In this document: positions 17,350 through 27,255 of the stretch, piece after piece | Layout of the letters: every line of letters starts with the position of its first letter | How positions within the stretch are numbered: position 1 is the first letter of the stretch | Assembly: GCA_039033595.1 (NCBI GenBank) | Contig: JBCCCG010000015.1 | Span: 32,007 to 96,006, forward strand | Direction of reading: 5' to 3' | Origin: Planctomycetota bacterium | GTDB lineage: Bacteria; Planctomycetota; Phycisphaerae; Phycisphaerales; Phycisphaeraceae | Length of the DNA stretch: 64,000 bases | Position numbers and translations under genes: made by a program | The notes under the pieces: generated by a model | The model's database searches: none | What the model saw: the letters and a program-made list of their open reading frames with translations, nothing else | What the model was told of the DNA's origin: nothing

Positions 17350-19382
17350 GCGTCGTCTTTCGCGGCGGGGTCGCTGTCCGAGGGCGGTGCTTTCATCGTG
17401 ACCACGGTGCGGGCGACCATGTCGCCCAGGCGTTGGCGGTGCGGGCTGATGAGCGGCAGGATCAGCAGCAGGTACGCCACGAGGTCGAACGCCTTGAGCA
17501 GACAACGCACCAGCGACTGCCAGGCCCGCGGCGTCCGGCCGTCGAGCGTCGCGACACGCAGGCCCGTGGCCAGTTTGCCCAGCGATCGGCCTCCGGTGGC
17601 GATCTCCAACAGCGCGGTGTGCGCGACGATCACCGCGATCGCCGCGAAGCCCGGCATCATCAGCTCGAACGTCATCCGCTGGCCCCGGCCCGGCCAGCGG
17701 GCGTACAGCTCGTCCCACGCCAGGCCGAACGCCACCGTGCCCACCAACAGCCCCGGCGCAAGATCGATCAGCCCCGCCAACGCCCGGCGCCACGTGTCGG
17801 CCAGCGCGAGGTCGGCGGGCAACTGCAGCTGATTGGCCGTGGGGTCGCGCCGCCAGAACGTGAAAAGCAACACGGTCGAGGTGATCAACACACCCAGAAA
17901 GATCACCATGTCCGCGGACTCGGCGATCGGGTCGCTGGGCTCGAAGTGCATCACGACAGGCGGCAACGCAACCTGGCCGTGCAGATCCAGGATCGTCAGC
18001 GCGGGGCCGATGGTTGAGGCGGATTCGTCGGCCTGTGCGACCTGGGCGTTCAGGCGTTCGCCCAGCGCGCGTTGTCCGGCGAGCAGCGCGACGCCGGCCT
18101 CGGCGGGCACCGCGGCCCACTGGCCGGTATCGGGAGCCTCCGCCGTGCCGGGCAGCAGGGCGTCGGCGACGGGCAGCAACCGGTCGCCACGCACCGCCGC
18201 GACCTGCGCCGCGAAACCCGTTTTTTTATGTGGCACCGACTGCACAAGAACCAGCTGCTCGTTCGCTCGCAGCGCCATGATCCCACCGCCCGCGGAAGCA
18301 CTCGCGGCATCCTCCCCGGGAGCCCGCGCCTCGGACATCTGTAGTTCCACGGACGTCCAACCATCGTTGGCCGGCCGGAAAACACGGGCCCGGGTTTCGC
18401 CCTTGGGGGTGGGCACCTGCGCGACCAGCGTGGGCCGGCCGCCCTCACGCCCCGCCGCAACCAGTTGGGCGGGCAGCTTCTGCGGCCAATCGTCGGGCAG
18501 GGGGACGTTTTTCCAGGCGTTGCGGCTGAGCACCAGCAGACGCTCGGTGGGCAGGTCCGCCGTGAGTTCGGGGTCGGGATCAGCCGCGGCGATCGCTGGT
18601 GTTTCGGCCGCGTTGGGTTCGGCGGGGGCGACACCGGTGTCGGTTGGGGCCGCGTCGGGCGTCTCGGGAGATTCTTCGACAACGGAGGGATCCGCGGGCT
18701 CGGCATCATCCGCAGCCGATTCGCCGGCTTCCTCGGTCTCAACCGACCCGGGCCCGCTCGTCGTATCCACGCCGTCGGGGTAGCCGAAGATCAGGTCGAA
18801 GAGCTCCTTGTCTTCGTCATCGGATACGGCCCGGTCCGAGGCGGTCTCACCGTACACCGTCGCGTCGATCTGCCGCAGCGCCTCGGCCGACTCGATGCGG
18901 ACCAGCGTCCAAAGCTCTCCGTGGCCCGCGGCGGCGGCACGGACCGACACGCCGGAGGGCAGGGACGGGGCGTTGCGTTTCGAGAAGAGCCAGCGGCCTT
19001 CCACCGGCCCGGGGCGGAGCGAAACCACGTGCGTCGAGCCGTCGTCGAAGACGAGGTACAGCGTGTCGTCGTCGGCCGCGACGCCGCGGGCCGCGAGCCG
19101 GCCGGTGAGCCGGGGCAGGAGCTCCCAGGCCGGGCCCTCGGGCGGGCGGTGGGTTAGGTCGGCGTGGTAGAGCGACAGCTGGGGTTGGTCGGGATTCTTG
19201 TCATCGACGTCCTGCGCCCAAGTCCATAGGTGCCGGCCGTCGGACACCGCGGGCAGATCGGCCGACCACGCCGAGGCGCTCGGCGCGGCCGTCGCTGTCC
19301 CGCACGCCGCGCCTACCCCCAACGCGCACGCCAGCGCCAGCCGCAGCGCCGTCACCAACACATCACCAGACCGAAGTTGCAT
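17346..19382 (-). CDS. secreted/membrane protein with a C-terminal RDD domain
   Basis: ATG 19382 gives the signal-like [28 protein letters not shown]. The C-terminus has [11 protein letters not shown]...[13 protein letters not shown]...[13 protein letters not shown] with TM helices (RDD family pattern). Confidence 0.7.
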   Translation of the reverse strand: MQLRSGDVLVTALRLALACALGVGAACGTATAAPSASAWSADLPAVSDGRHLWTWAQDVDDKNPDQPQLSLYHADLTHRPPEGPAWELLPRLTGRLAARGVAADDDTLYLVFDDGSTHVVSLRPGPVEGRWLFSKRNAPSLPSGVSVRAAAAGHGELWTLVRIESAEALRQIDATVYGETASDRAVSDDEDKELFDLIFGYPDGVDTTSGPGSVETEEAGESAADDAEPADPSVVEESPETPDAAPTDTGVAPAEPNAAETPAIAAADPDPELTADLPTERLLVLSRNAWKNVPLPDDWPQKLPAQLVAAGREGGRPTLVAQVPTPKGETRARVFRPANDGWTSVELQMSEARAPGEDAASASAGGGIMALRANEQLVLVQSVPHKKTGFAAQVAAVRGDRLLPVADALLPGTAEAPDTGQWAAVPAEAGVALLAGQRALGERLNAQVAQADESASTIGPALTILDLHGQVALPPVVMHFEPSDPIAESADMVIFLGVLITSTVLLFTFWRRDPTANQLQLPADLALADTWRRALAGLIDLAPGLLVGTVAFGLAWDELYARWPGRGQRMTFELMMPGFAAIAVIVAHTALLEIATGGRSLGKLATGLRVATLDGRTPRAWQSLVRCLLKAFDLVAYLLLILPLISPHRQRLGDMVARTVVTMKAPPSDSDPAAKDDA

Positions 19383-19553
19383 CGGGAAAGGGTACGCCAT
19401 CGGACCCGTCGCGGCGAGCGGTGCGGGCGCCCACCGCCCCGCCGCTCGCCCGAGACCAAGAGGCTGCGGTGCCCGTCGCCGCGGATCAACCGGGCCAGGC
19501 CAAGCCACGATCAAGGGCACGCCTTGCGCAAGATTCCGGGGTCAACTGTTACC

Positions 19554-20432
19554 ATGCCGCCCATGCTCAAGCACCGGCTGCCCTCGGGGATCGCGATGAT
19601 CGTGGGATTGCTCCTGCTGATGTGGGCCGACAACGCGCTGGAGCAGCGCGGCGGGCCGGCGGGCGCGGTGCTGCTCGGATTGGTGCTGGTCCTCGGGGCG
19701 CTGGCGTCGCAAGAGCTGGCGGCGCTGCTTCGTACGAAGTGGGGCCACTGCTCGCGGGTCAACACGATGCTCAGCGCTGCGGCGGGGTGCGTGATGATCT
19801 ACCTGCTGCCGTGGGTCGACGACACCCCGACCGCGGTCGCCGTGTTCGGCAGCGGGGTCGCCGCGGTGCTGTTCGGCTCGATGTTCCGCCACAGCTTCGC
19901 CAGCCAGAAGACCGAGGGCGCCGCCGCCGCCGGGGCCAACGCCACCTTCGCGATGGTGTACCTCGGCGTGTTGCCGGGGATGTACCTGCTCATCCGCGAG
20001 GCGGGCTACTCGGCGTGGGTGATCGGGGCGATCCTGCTGGTGGTCAAGTCCTGCGACATCGGGGCGTATTTCACCGGCCGGTTCTTGGGCCGGCACAAGC
20101 TCATCCCGTGGCTGAGCCCGGGCAAGACCTGGGAAGGCCTGGTGGGCGGGATGGCGTTCGCGGCGCTGTGGGCGGTGGTATTCACGCTGATCGGCAACCG
20201 GGCCGCCCCGGAGCACGCGATCGCGGTATGGTTTGCCGTGCCCGCCGGGCTGCTGCTCGGGCTCCTGGGCCAGGTCGGCGACCTGGTGGCGAGCCTGCTC
20301 AAGCGTGACGCCGGGGTTAAAGATTGGGCCGCGACCATCCCGGGCTTCGGCGGGGTGATGGACGTCGCCGATTCGCTGCTGATCGTCGCCCCGGTCGCGT
20401 ACTGGCTGCTGGTGTTGGCCCCGGGTGCATAA
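19554..20432 (+). CDS. cdsA: phosphatidate cytidylyltransferase
   Basis: It is multi-TM. The motifs are KSCDIGAYFTGRFLGRHKL..SPGKTWEG and SLLKRDAGVKDWAATIPGFGGVMDVADS (CDS signature). The start was chosen at in-frame ATG 19554 (MPPMLKHRL). Confidence 0.85.
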   Translation: MPPMLKHRLPSGIAMIVGLLLLMWADNALEQRGGPAGAVLLGLVLVLGALASQELAALLRTKWGHCSRVNTMLSAAAGCVMIYLLPWVDDTPTAVAVFGSGVAAVLFGSMFRHSFASQKTEGAAAAGANATFAMVYLGVLPGMYLLIREAGYSAWVIGAILLVVKSCDIGAYFTGRFLGRHKLIPWLSPGKTWEGLVGGMAFAALWAVVFTLIGNRAAPEHAIAVWFAVPAGLLLGLLGQVGDLVASLLKRDAGVKDWAATIPGFGGVMDVADSLLIVAPVAYWLLVLAPGA

Positions 20433-20636
20433 CAATCGGGTCTACACCCATGAGTGTGGCCGTTTTTCCGAATGGCCGAGATATAGGAAATCCGAAAACC
20501 CCGGCCGGAAAGCACATCCCGCCTTGCTTTTCCGGCGTTTACCGATAGGCTAACCCGTTAACGGCGGCCCGTATCCGCCGCCGAGGGCGATCCTGTCGAC
20601 GCCCCTTGACCTTTATCTTTCCCGGAGAACCACGCC

Positions 20637-21266
20637 ATCGCTAGAGGACGCTTTAAGCCCCAACCCCGAGACACCGGCAAACGCCTGCGCATCAACGATC
20701 AAATCCGGGTATCGCCCATCCGCCTGATCGACGAAGAGCAAAACCCCATCGGCGTCGTCGAGATCGACGACGCGAAGAACCGTGCCCGCGAGGCCGGCCT
20801 CGATCTCGTGGAAGTTTCGCCTACCGCATCGCCGCCCGTGTGCAAGATCATGGACTACGGCAAGTGGAAGTACGCCCAGGCAAAAAAAGAACAGAAAGCC
20901 AAGGCCCACGCCAAGAAGTCCGAGCTCAAGGGCATGCGGCTCCGCCCCAACATCGACGCCCACGACCTGAAGTTCAAGACCGACAAAGCCCGTGAGTTCC
21001 TCGAAGACGGCGACAAGGTCCAATTCGTCATGCTCTTCCGCGGCCGGCAGATGGCCCACCAGAACCTGGCCCGCGACACCATGAACGGCATCATCAAACT
21101 GCTCGAAGACGTCTCGAAGATCGAGCAGCCGCCCAAGATGATGGGCCGACGCATGACCATGATGCTCACGCCCGACCGCAAGAAGCCGGCCGAAAAGAAC
21201 GACAAGCCCGACGCCCCGGCCGCCGCCGAAGACTCCAAACCCGTCGAGGCCAAACCCGCCGGCTGA
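20637..21266 (+). CDS. infC: translation initiation factor IF-3, non-canonical ATC start
   Basis: The translation IARGRFKPQPRDTGKRLRINDQIRVSPIRLIDEEQNPIGVV..AREAGLDLVEVSP..PPVCKIMDYGKWKY matches the IF-3 N and C domains. There is an in-frame TGA at 20607. The only start-like codon before the N domain is ATC 20637, with GGAG at 20624-20627. The track ORF (20808) would delete the N domain. Confidence 0.88.
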   Translation: MARGRFKPQPRDTGKRLRINDQIRVSPIRLIDEEQNPIGVVEIDDAKNRAREAGLDLVEVSPTASPPVCKIMDYGKWKYAQAKKEQKAKAHAKKSELKGMRLRPNIDAHDLKFKTDKAREFLEDGDKVQFVMLFRGRQMAHQNLARDTMNGIIKLLEDVSKIEQPPKMMGRRMTMMLTPDRKKPAEKNDKPDAPAAAEDSKPVEAKPAG

Positions 21267-21339
21267 TCCGCCGCCCGCACGGCGGGGTTTCGTCCGGCTC
21301 GTGTCCGACGCCGACGCCACCAACTTCCCGGGACACACC

Positions 21340-22083
21340 ATGCCCCCGTGCCGCCGACCGCGATCCGCACGATCGACCGCCGCCGCGGGGCTTTTGTTGG
21401 CTCTCTGCTTACCCGCGACGGGGTGCCAATACGTCGGCCGGGCTTTCCTCGACGCCCTGCTCGATCGCGACTACGTCTACCGCAACGACTTCCGCCCCAC
21501 GCAGGCCCCCGAAACCCGTCGCTGGTCTCTGCGGTACACCGAACACCTCCAGCTCACCAGCGACCTGACCGGCGTCCACGCGGTGGTCAACGGCGAAGAC
21601 CTCGGCCCCTGCCCCGTCACCACCGCCCTGCCGACGCGTTCCATCGACATCGAAGAGACCGGCTTCTATCCCGCCGTCGACGAGTACGAACTCAAGTTCC
21701 GCGAGGAGGACGACGGGAGCTGCGGCCGCCTGATCTCGGAACGCTACGTGGCTACCCACCGTGCCCGTGGCCCGACCCAATGGGTCGGGCACCGCACCGT
21801 CACGGCCGATCTCCCGCCGCTGACCGTGGAGTGGGTCCGGGGCTCACGGACGCTTGGCTCGTCGACGGTTGAGCCTCTCGATTCGAGGTTCACGCTCAAG
21901 ACCGCTCCCGACAATGTCGACCCCGTGCTGCTCCGGGCGTTACGCCGACTCGATTGGAATTCGCCGATCACCGAGCCGACCGTCCCCGGCGAAGCCGTCG
22001 GCCAACGCCATCTCCGTTGGCCCCCGCCCGAGCAAATCCCCGCCGCGGCGACTACTCCGCCCACTCCGACGCCAGCGCCCTGA
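21340..22083 (+). CDS. hypothetical lipoprotein
   Basis: ATG 21340 gives MPPCRRPRSARSTAAAGLLLALCLPATGC (lipobox ATGC). It has a Pro/Thr-rich tail. The 3' end overlaps the convergent gene by 32 nt. Confidence 0.55.
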   Translation: MPPCRRPRSARSTAAAGLLLALCLPATGCQYVGRAFLDALLDRDYVYRNDFRPTQAPETRRWSLRYTEHLQLTSDLTGVHAVVNGEDLGPCPVTTALPTRSIDIEETGFYPAVDEYELKFREEDDGSCGRLISERYVATHRARGPTQWVGHRTVTADLPPLTVEWVRGSRTLGSSTVEPLDSRFTLKTAPDNVDPVLLRALRRLDWNSPITEPTVPGEAVGQRHLRWPPPEQIPAAATTPPTPTPAP

Positions 22084-23104
22084 GCGCGGCGAAGAAGCCC
22101 TGCTTCCGATCCGAGCCGACCGACCAATCCACGGGCACGGACTGGTAGCCCTGCTCGAACCCCTCGCCCGGCCGGCGGTAATCGAAGTAGCCCCAGCTCG
22201 CGCCCGCTCCGACCGCGGCCGCCAGGTTGTTTTTCGGCCGGTCGAAACCGAAGTGGTCGTCTTCGTTCACCACGATCGGCTGGCCGCGGTAGCCCGCCGT
22301 GCCCCGCGACCGCTCGATCATCTCCGTCAGTTTCCGCGGGTCGTCCACGCCGTTGCCGTGCAGCAAGACGAAGTCCACCGCGTCGGCGATCTCGGGGGCC
22401 AGCGCCTGGCCCCCGCACTGGCTGGTGCTGACCAGCAGCCGGCCCGCGGCGTTGTCGATTTTCCCCTCCGATCGTTTCTGCACCCGACGGACCAACTCTT
22501 CGCCGCGTTCGATGCGCAGGATCGGGTGGTCGTAAAACACCTTGCCCGTCACGCGGCCGAGGTCCGCCTCGTTGGCGATCTCGACCAGCACGTTGCGGTC
22601 GCGCCGCGCCACCAGCCAGTCGGTCACCTCGTCGCAGGCCCGCCCCACCGCCGCCTCGTCGTCCAGCCGCTGGTCCTGCCCGAAGTAGAACAGCCCGAGG
22701 ATCACCGCCATCCCCAGCGCGTCGGCGGCGTCGATGATCTGGTTCATCCGCTGCACGTAGTCGCCGCGCAGCCGGCCGTCGGCGTGGAAGCCCGAGTTGT
22801 GCCACGGCTGAGTCTCGCTGTAGCCCTCGGGGCTGCCGCCCTGAAGGTTCACGGTGAACGCCAGGAGACCGTGGTCGCAGTAAACCGGCAACTGGGCGAT
22901 GAACTCGTCGGTGTTCCGCCGCGCGTCCCACCGCGCCCCGGGCCGATCCCAGCGCGACCGCGTCTGGGGGTTCAGGTCGTCGAACGTCGCCTGCACCATC
23001 CGGCTGTTCATCAGCCGGCCCTCGATCGGCGCGCCCGGATACGTCGGTTCGCCGTTGATCAAGAACCGGTCGCCGCTGATCGACACCATCGTCTTGTTGG
23101 CCAT
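22052..23104 (-). CDS. putative TIM-barrel glycoside hydrolase (GH5-like)
   Basis: VLVEIANEADL (an NE acid/base-like motif) and an alternating beta/alpha pattern. ATG 23104 is preceded by GGGAAA. The family assignment is tentative. Confidence 0.5.
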   Translation of the reverse strand: MANKTMVSISGDRFLINGEPTYPGAPIEGRLMNSRMVQATFDDLNPQTRSRWDRPGARWDARRNTDEFIAQLPVYCDHGLLAFTVNLQGGSPEGYSETQPWHNSGFHADGRLRGDYVQRMNQIIDAADALGMAVILGLFYFGQDQRLDDEAAVGRACDEVTDWLVARRDRNVLVEIANEADLGRVTGKVFYDHPILRIERGEELVRRVQKRSEGKIDNAAGRLLVSTSQCGGQALAPEIADAVDFVLLHGNGVDDPRKLTEMIERSRGTAGYRGQPIVVNEDDHFGFDRPKNNLAAAVGAGASWGYFDYRRPGEGFEQGYQSVPVDWSVGSDRKQGFFAALRALASEWAE

Positions 23105-23133
23105 GCCCACTTTCCCGTGCGTTGCGGTCCGAG

Positions 23134-24135
23134 CTACCCCACCAGACCCGACTGGGCCAGCAGCACGACGGCCGTCACCGTGACCGGCGAGAGCATCGTC
23201 GAGTAAAACACCGACCGGGCGACGAAGTCCGGGTGGTTATCGAATTCTAAGCAGATCAACATGCAGTTGACGGACGTTGGCGTGGCCGTGCTGATCAAGA
23301 GCACCTGCGCGACGAAACCCTCGAGCCCCGCGACCTTGATCACCAGCAGCCCGATCGCCGGCGCCAGCAGCAGGCGGAACACCACGCTCATCGTCACCGG
23401 GTACTTCGTCCCGCCCCGCGTCACCGTCGCGAGCTTCGCCCCCAGCGTTACGAGCGCCACCACCACGAACCCGTTCTGCACGTAGTGCAGCGTGTCGAGA
23501 AACGGCGTGAGCCCGTAAGCGATTGTCGGCAGCGTGTCGGGGGACCGGGCCCCAATCGCCTGGCGGGCAGAGATCGTCGCGATCGCCGCGGCGAGCGCAT
23601 ATAGGGGCGGGAGCTTGAGGATATGGATCAGGTTTTTCTTGAGCCGTTCCCATTTCAAGCCGCCGCCGGCCGCCAAGGCGATACCGATCGTAAAGCTCGT
23701 GACGTTCTGCACGATCATGATGAACACCTGCATGCCCATCGCCTCGGTGCCGCGCCCGACGCTGCGGAACGCGAGTTGCTGCAGCGGCAGGCCGTAGTTC
23801 CCCGCGTTGTAGAAGATCCCCGTCATCACCAACGGCGACCACTGGCTGCGTGGCAGGCCGCGCAGCCACGCGCTCGCGACCAGCGCCGCCGCCATCAGCG
23901 CCATGACCGCCAGCGACACCCCGACCACAGCCGCGGCGTGGCCCAGCGTCACCTCGGACTCGACCAACGCCGTGTACACCATCCCCGGCACGACGACGTA
24001 GAAATTCAGCCGCACCAGCGTCGGCATGTCCAGCCCCACCACCCGCTGCACCACAAACCCCAACCCCATCAGCAGCATCAACGGCAGCACGATGAAGTAC
24101 GCCACGTGGCCGAATTGAAGCAGAACCTCGGGCAT
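23134..24135 (-). CDS. AEC (auxin efflux carrier) family transporter
   Basis: It has about 10 TM helices. The N-terminus MPEVLLQFGHVAYFIVLPLMLLMGLGF and the overall layout are typical of AEC/malonate-type permeases. Confidence 0.75.
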   Translation of the reverse strand: MPEVLLQFGHVAYFIVLPLMLLMGLGFVVQRVVGLDMPTLVRLNFYVVVPGMVYTALVESEVTLGHAAAVVGVSLAVMALMAAALVASAWLRGLPRSQWSPLVMTGIFYNAGNYGLPLQQLAFRSVGRGTEAMGMQVFIMIVQNVTSFTIGIALAAGGGLKWERLKKNLIHILKLPPLYALAAAIATISARQAIGARSPDTLPTIAYGLTPFLDTLHYVQNGFVVVALVTLGAKLATVTRGGTKYPVTMSVVFRLLLAPAIGLLVIKVAGLEGFVAQVLLISTATPTSVNCMLICLEFDNHPDFVARSVFYSTMLSPVTVTAVVLLAQSGLVG

Positions 24136-24187
24136 CAGCGGCCCGAGTGTACGCCCTTCCACCCGGTGCCGTCGGGAAGCGCCACGA

Positions 24188-26713
24188 TCACGGCCGTCGT
24201 GGCGGCCGCGCGGCGTCCCCCGCAAGATACGCGCGGATCACCTTGCCCTGACTACGCTCGATCTCGTAATTCACGAACGTCGGCGAGTCCGCCACCAGAC
24301 GCTGGGCCAACGCCCGCTCGCGCAGGTTCAGCCCCATCCCCACGACCAACGCCAACACCAACACCGCGATCCCTAGCGTCGGCCCCATCGACCGCACCAC
24401 ACTCCGGGCGAACCAACTCGTCGGACCCGGCCGCCCCGCCACCCAGAACAGGCCCGATACCACCCCCAGCAACACACCAACGCCCCCCATCGCGATCGCG
24501 AACGGCACCCGATCTATGTCATCGACGGTCAACAACGTGAGGACCGGCAAGACACCGCCGAACGCGAAGGCCGCCACCAGACTCACAAGCAAGCCTTTGC
24601 GCAAAGCGTCGCGAGTATTTTCCACACCGCGCAACCAGACGATCTCAGAAACGATCCAACCCACCGCGACGATCGTCGCCCCCACGCTCGCAACGATGAT
24701 GGCGATCACCCAACCCAACGAAGTCACGTAAATCGGGTTCTCGGCCCACCAGAAAGCGCCCCACAGAGTCGCCGACAGCCAGGCGATCGCCAGCCCCAGC
24801 ACGGCCAAGCCCCGCAGGCCACGCTTCGCGGGCACCGCCAGCCCCAACGCTCTGCCGCGCTGCCGCAGCGCTTCGCTGCCCAGCACCCAAAGCAACACCA
24901 CCACGCCCAGGGTCAGCGGCAGATACGCCGTTAACGCCACGAAACTGTAGTTCAGCCCAAACCCCCGCCCCGACCACGGCAACGCCGACCACACCATAAA
25001 CAACGCGATCGGCACCCCCACCGCCAGGCCGAGCACCCACGCCAGCCGCCGCCAACCCATCCACAGCAACAACGCCGGCTGATCCCGCTTCCGCCACACG
25101 CTCCACACCCCCTGCAAGGGGGCCAATGCCGAGATGAACACCAGGACCACCAAGCCCCACGTCAGCGCCACCCGATCGATCAGCGTGTACTCCGCTTTCC
25201 GAAACGCCGTCGGATCGACCGCGTAGCCCGGCACGGCCGGCATCATGACGCCCAGAAACAACCCCGCCTCCTTCTCCATCGCGTCCCAAGGCCTGTTCTG
25301 TTTGGGCTCCTCCCACTCACGCCACCAGAACCGCATCAACGTATCGCTCTCCGCCAACGCCTCGCCGGCTCGCTGCTCATCGCCTAGGACCCGCCATACC
25401 GCGACCCGCGTGCCTCGCTCCAACGACTCCATCGACCACGACACCAACAGCATGATCAGCGTGTCCGACGACGCCGCGAACCGGGCGTTGACCGAGTCCA
25501 GGTCGTCCAAGATCGCGAGCGCCCCGGCCGCATCACCCGCCTCGGCCCGGGTGATCGCCTCGGCGCAGGCGACCCGCGCGACGTGACGCGACGACGCCAT
25601 TGCGGGCAACAGGGTCCCGACCTCCGTGGCCACCCGTATCATGTAATCCAGCATCGACTCCGGCGGCGGCAACTGATCCAGGCGGTGCCGTATCCGGTCT
25701 ACCGCGTGCATCGCCACGTACGGGTGGTCCGCCGCGTCCGCCAGACGGTGGAGCGCCGCGTCCACCGCCGCGCGGTCCACCGGCGTCGGGAAACGCTCGA
25801 TCTCTAAAGCCTCTCGCTCGCCGTCATCCCCGTCACGCTTGAGCACCATCACCACGATCGGCTCGGCCGCGACCGGCCAATCCTCGTCGTGCTCCGCGTC
25901 CGCCGCAACATCGCCCCATTGATCAGATGAGCCATATCCCGATCCGCCATGCATGGGGTAGTCTTCGCCGAACCCTCCCTGTTGTGCGTACGGCGGGTCG
26001 GGATGAAAGTCGATCCGTTTCGCCGACAGCCCCGCATCGATCAGCGCATAAATGCCGTTGTCCGGGTCCAACGCCGCCCCGCGGTCGAGCTCCGCCCGAA
26101 GCTCGCGGACCTGTTCCAGGCCCTCAGGGAGGTCCAATACCTCGGGGCCGCCGGAGAACAGGTCCGACAGCATCTGGGCGATCAGGTGCAACTGGTACAA
26201 GGGCTCATCCGGATAAGCATCCCGCAGCGGGCGCCAGCGCGCCGCCCGGCCCTCGCTCGCGCGGCCCTCGTCGCCGTAGAAGATCAGCCGCTGCTGCGGC
26301 GTCATCCGCGCCTGCAGCCGGCTTTTTTTCCACTGGTTGTAGACGCCGCCTTGCTCGTAGCCATCGACGGCATGGTTGACGGAGATCAGCGTGGTCATCC
26401 CCGAGAGGATGAACACGATCACCGCGGCGACGCACGCCGGCAGCAGCGTCGCCCGCGCCCCCCACCACGCCCAGGCCCGCAGCTTGAGCCGGAATCGGTT
26501 GGCGTCCCACAGCGCGTCGGCCACGTCGTCAGGGTCGCCGAAGGCCTTGACCGCCGCGGCCCGGGCGTCTTCCTCCGAGTAGTCGGCGGCGCGGTACTCG
26601 GCGGCCGAGGCTTCGAGGTGGCTTTCCAACTCACGCGAAACCTCGAGCCGCAGCTCGCGGTCGCGGCGCAGCCGGTGGGTGGCCCGCTCGGTGAGGTCTC
26701 GGAAGTCCGACAT
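24188..26713 (-). CDS. large polytopic membrane protein with a PadR-associated N-terminal prefix domain
   Basis: ATG 26713 lies 2 nt after the PadR stop. The N-terminus MSDFRDLTERATHRLRRDRELRLEVSRELESHLEASAAEY..FGDPDDVA resembles the helical prefix found on membrane partners of PadR regulators. The C-terminal half has many TM helices. Confidence 0.65.
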   Translation of the reverse strand: MSDFRDLTERATHRLRRDRELRLEVSRELESHLEASAAEYRAADYSEEDARAAAVKAFGDPDDVADALWDANRFRLKLRAWAWWGARATLLPACVAAVIVFILSGMTTLISVNHAVDGYEQGGVYNQWKKSRLQARMTPQQRLIFYGDEGRASEGRAARWRPLRDAYPDEPLYQLHLIAQMLSDLFSGGPEVLDLPEGLEQVRELRAELDRGAALDPDNGIYALIDAGLSAKRIDFHPDPPYAQQGGFGEDYPMHGGSGYGSSDQWGDVAADAEHDEDWPVAAEPIVVMVLKRDGDDGEREALEIERFPTPVDRAAVDAALHRLADAADHPYVAMHAVDRIRHRLDQLPPPESMLDYMIRVATEVGTLLPAMASSRHVARVACAEAITRAEAGDAAGALAILDDLDSVNARFAASSDTLIMLLVSWSMESLERGTRVAVWRVLGDEQRAGEALAESDTLMRFWWREWEEPKQNRPWDAMEKEAGLFLGVMMPAVPGYAVDPTAFRKAEYTLIDRVALTWGLVVLVFISALAPLQGVWSVWRKRDQPALLLWMGWRRLAWVLGLAVGVPIALFMVWSALPWSGRGFGLNYSFVALTAYLPLTLGVVVLLWVLGSEALRQRGRALGLAVPAKRGLRGLAVLGLAIAWLSATLWGAFWWAENPIYVTSLGWVIAIIVASVGATIVAVGWIVSEIVWLRGVENTRDALRKGLLVSLVAAFAFGGVLPVLTLLTVDDIDRVPFAIAMGGVGVLLGVVSGLFWVAGRPGPTSWFARSVVRSMGPTLGIAVLVLALVVGMGLNLRERALAQRLVADSPTFVNYEIERSQGKVIRAYLAGDAARPPRRP

Positions 26714-26715
26714 GC

Positions 26716-27045
26716 TCAGGCCCCCATGAGAAGCGTGTGCACAGCCGTGCTCAGCGTCGACCACTGCTCCCGGCTCTCGTCGAGCAGACGGTTGCCCTTG
26801 GGCGTCAGGGCGTAGTACTTCCGCGGCTTGCCCGTCGGGCCGTCTTCCCACTTGGCCTTGATCAGCCGCTGGCCCTGCATCTTGTGCAGCAGCGGGTAGA
26901 GCGTGCCCTCCTTGAAGTCGAGCACGCCGCCGGAGCGCTGGTTGACGGTCTTGACGATCTCGTAGCCGTACATGGACCGCTCGGCGAGCAGCGACAAGAC
27001 GATGGGCATCACCGTGCCCCGGGCGAGTTCTTTGGACAGCGACAT
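26716..27045 (-). CDS. PadR-family transcriptional regulator
   Basis: MPIVLSLLAERSMYGYEIVKTV...GTLYPLLHKMQGQRLIKAKWE...PRKYYALTPKG is the canonical PadR winged helix. Start at ATG 27045. Confidence 0.9.
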   Translation of the reverse strand: MSLSKELARGTVMPIVLSLLAERSMYGYEIVKTVNQRSGGVLDFKEGTLYPLLHKMQGQRLIKAKWEDGPTGKPRKYYALTPKGNRLLDESREQWSTLSTAVHTLLMGA

Positions 27046-27074
27046 GGGCGGGCTCCTGGCGAAGACGCGATATA

Positions 27075-27111
27075 CCTCGATAATCGATGTAATATACATC
27101 GAATGTCGAGG
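27075..27111. promoter_or_regulatory. 17-3-17 inverted repeat, candidate PadR operator
   Basis: CCTCGATAATCGATGTA-ATA-TACATCGAATGTCGAGG (15/17 complementary) with an ATGT...ACAT core. It lies in an AT-rich patch 30 nt upstream of the PadR start. Confidence 0.5.
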
Positions 27112-27255
27112 TAATGCAAGAGAGTACCGACCAGATCGCTTCGTGGCCGGATAACTTCCGTCCGGGCGCGGCCCGTGCATCGCCGTATGACCGGCTCCCG
27201 CCGGGCGGGGTGACGCGAGATGTTGGACCCCGCTATCGCCGCAGGACGCCCGGCG

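Noticed and set aside
17350-18120. 5' extension of the queC ORF (the track gives 515 aa)
   Set aside because: The extension is Arg/Pro-rich and overlaps the RDD-domain gene in another frame. The QueC homology starts right after TTG 17349, which overlaps the upstream stop.
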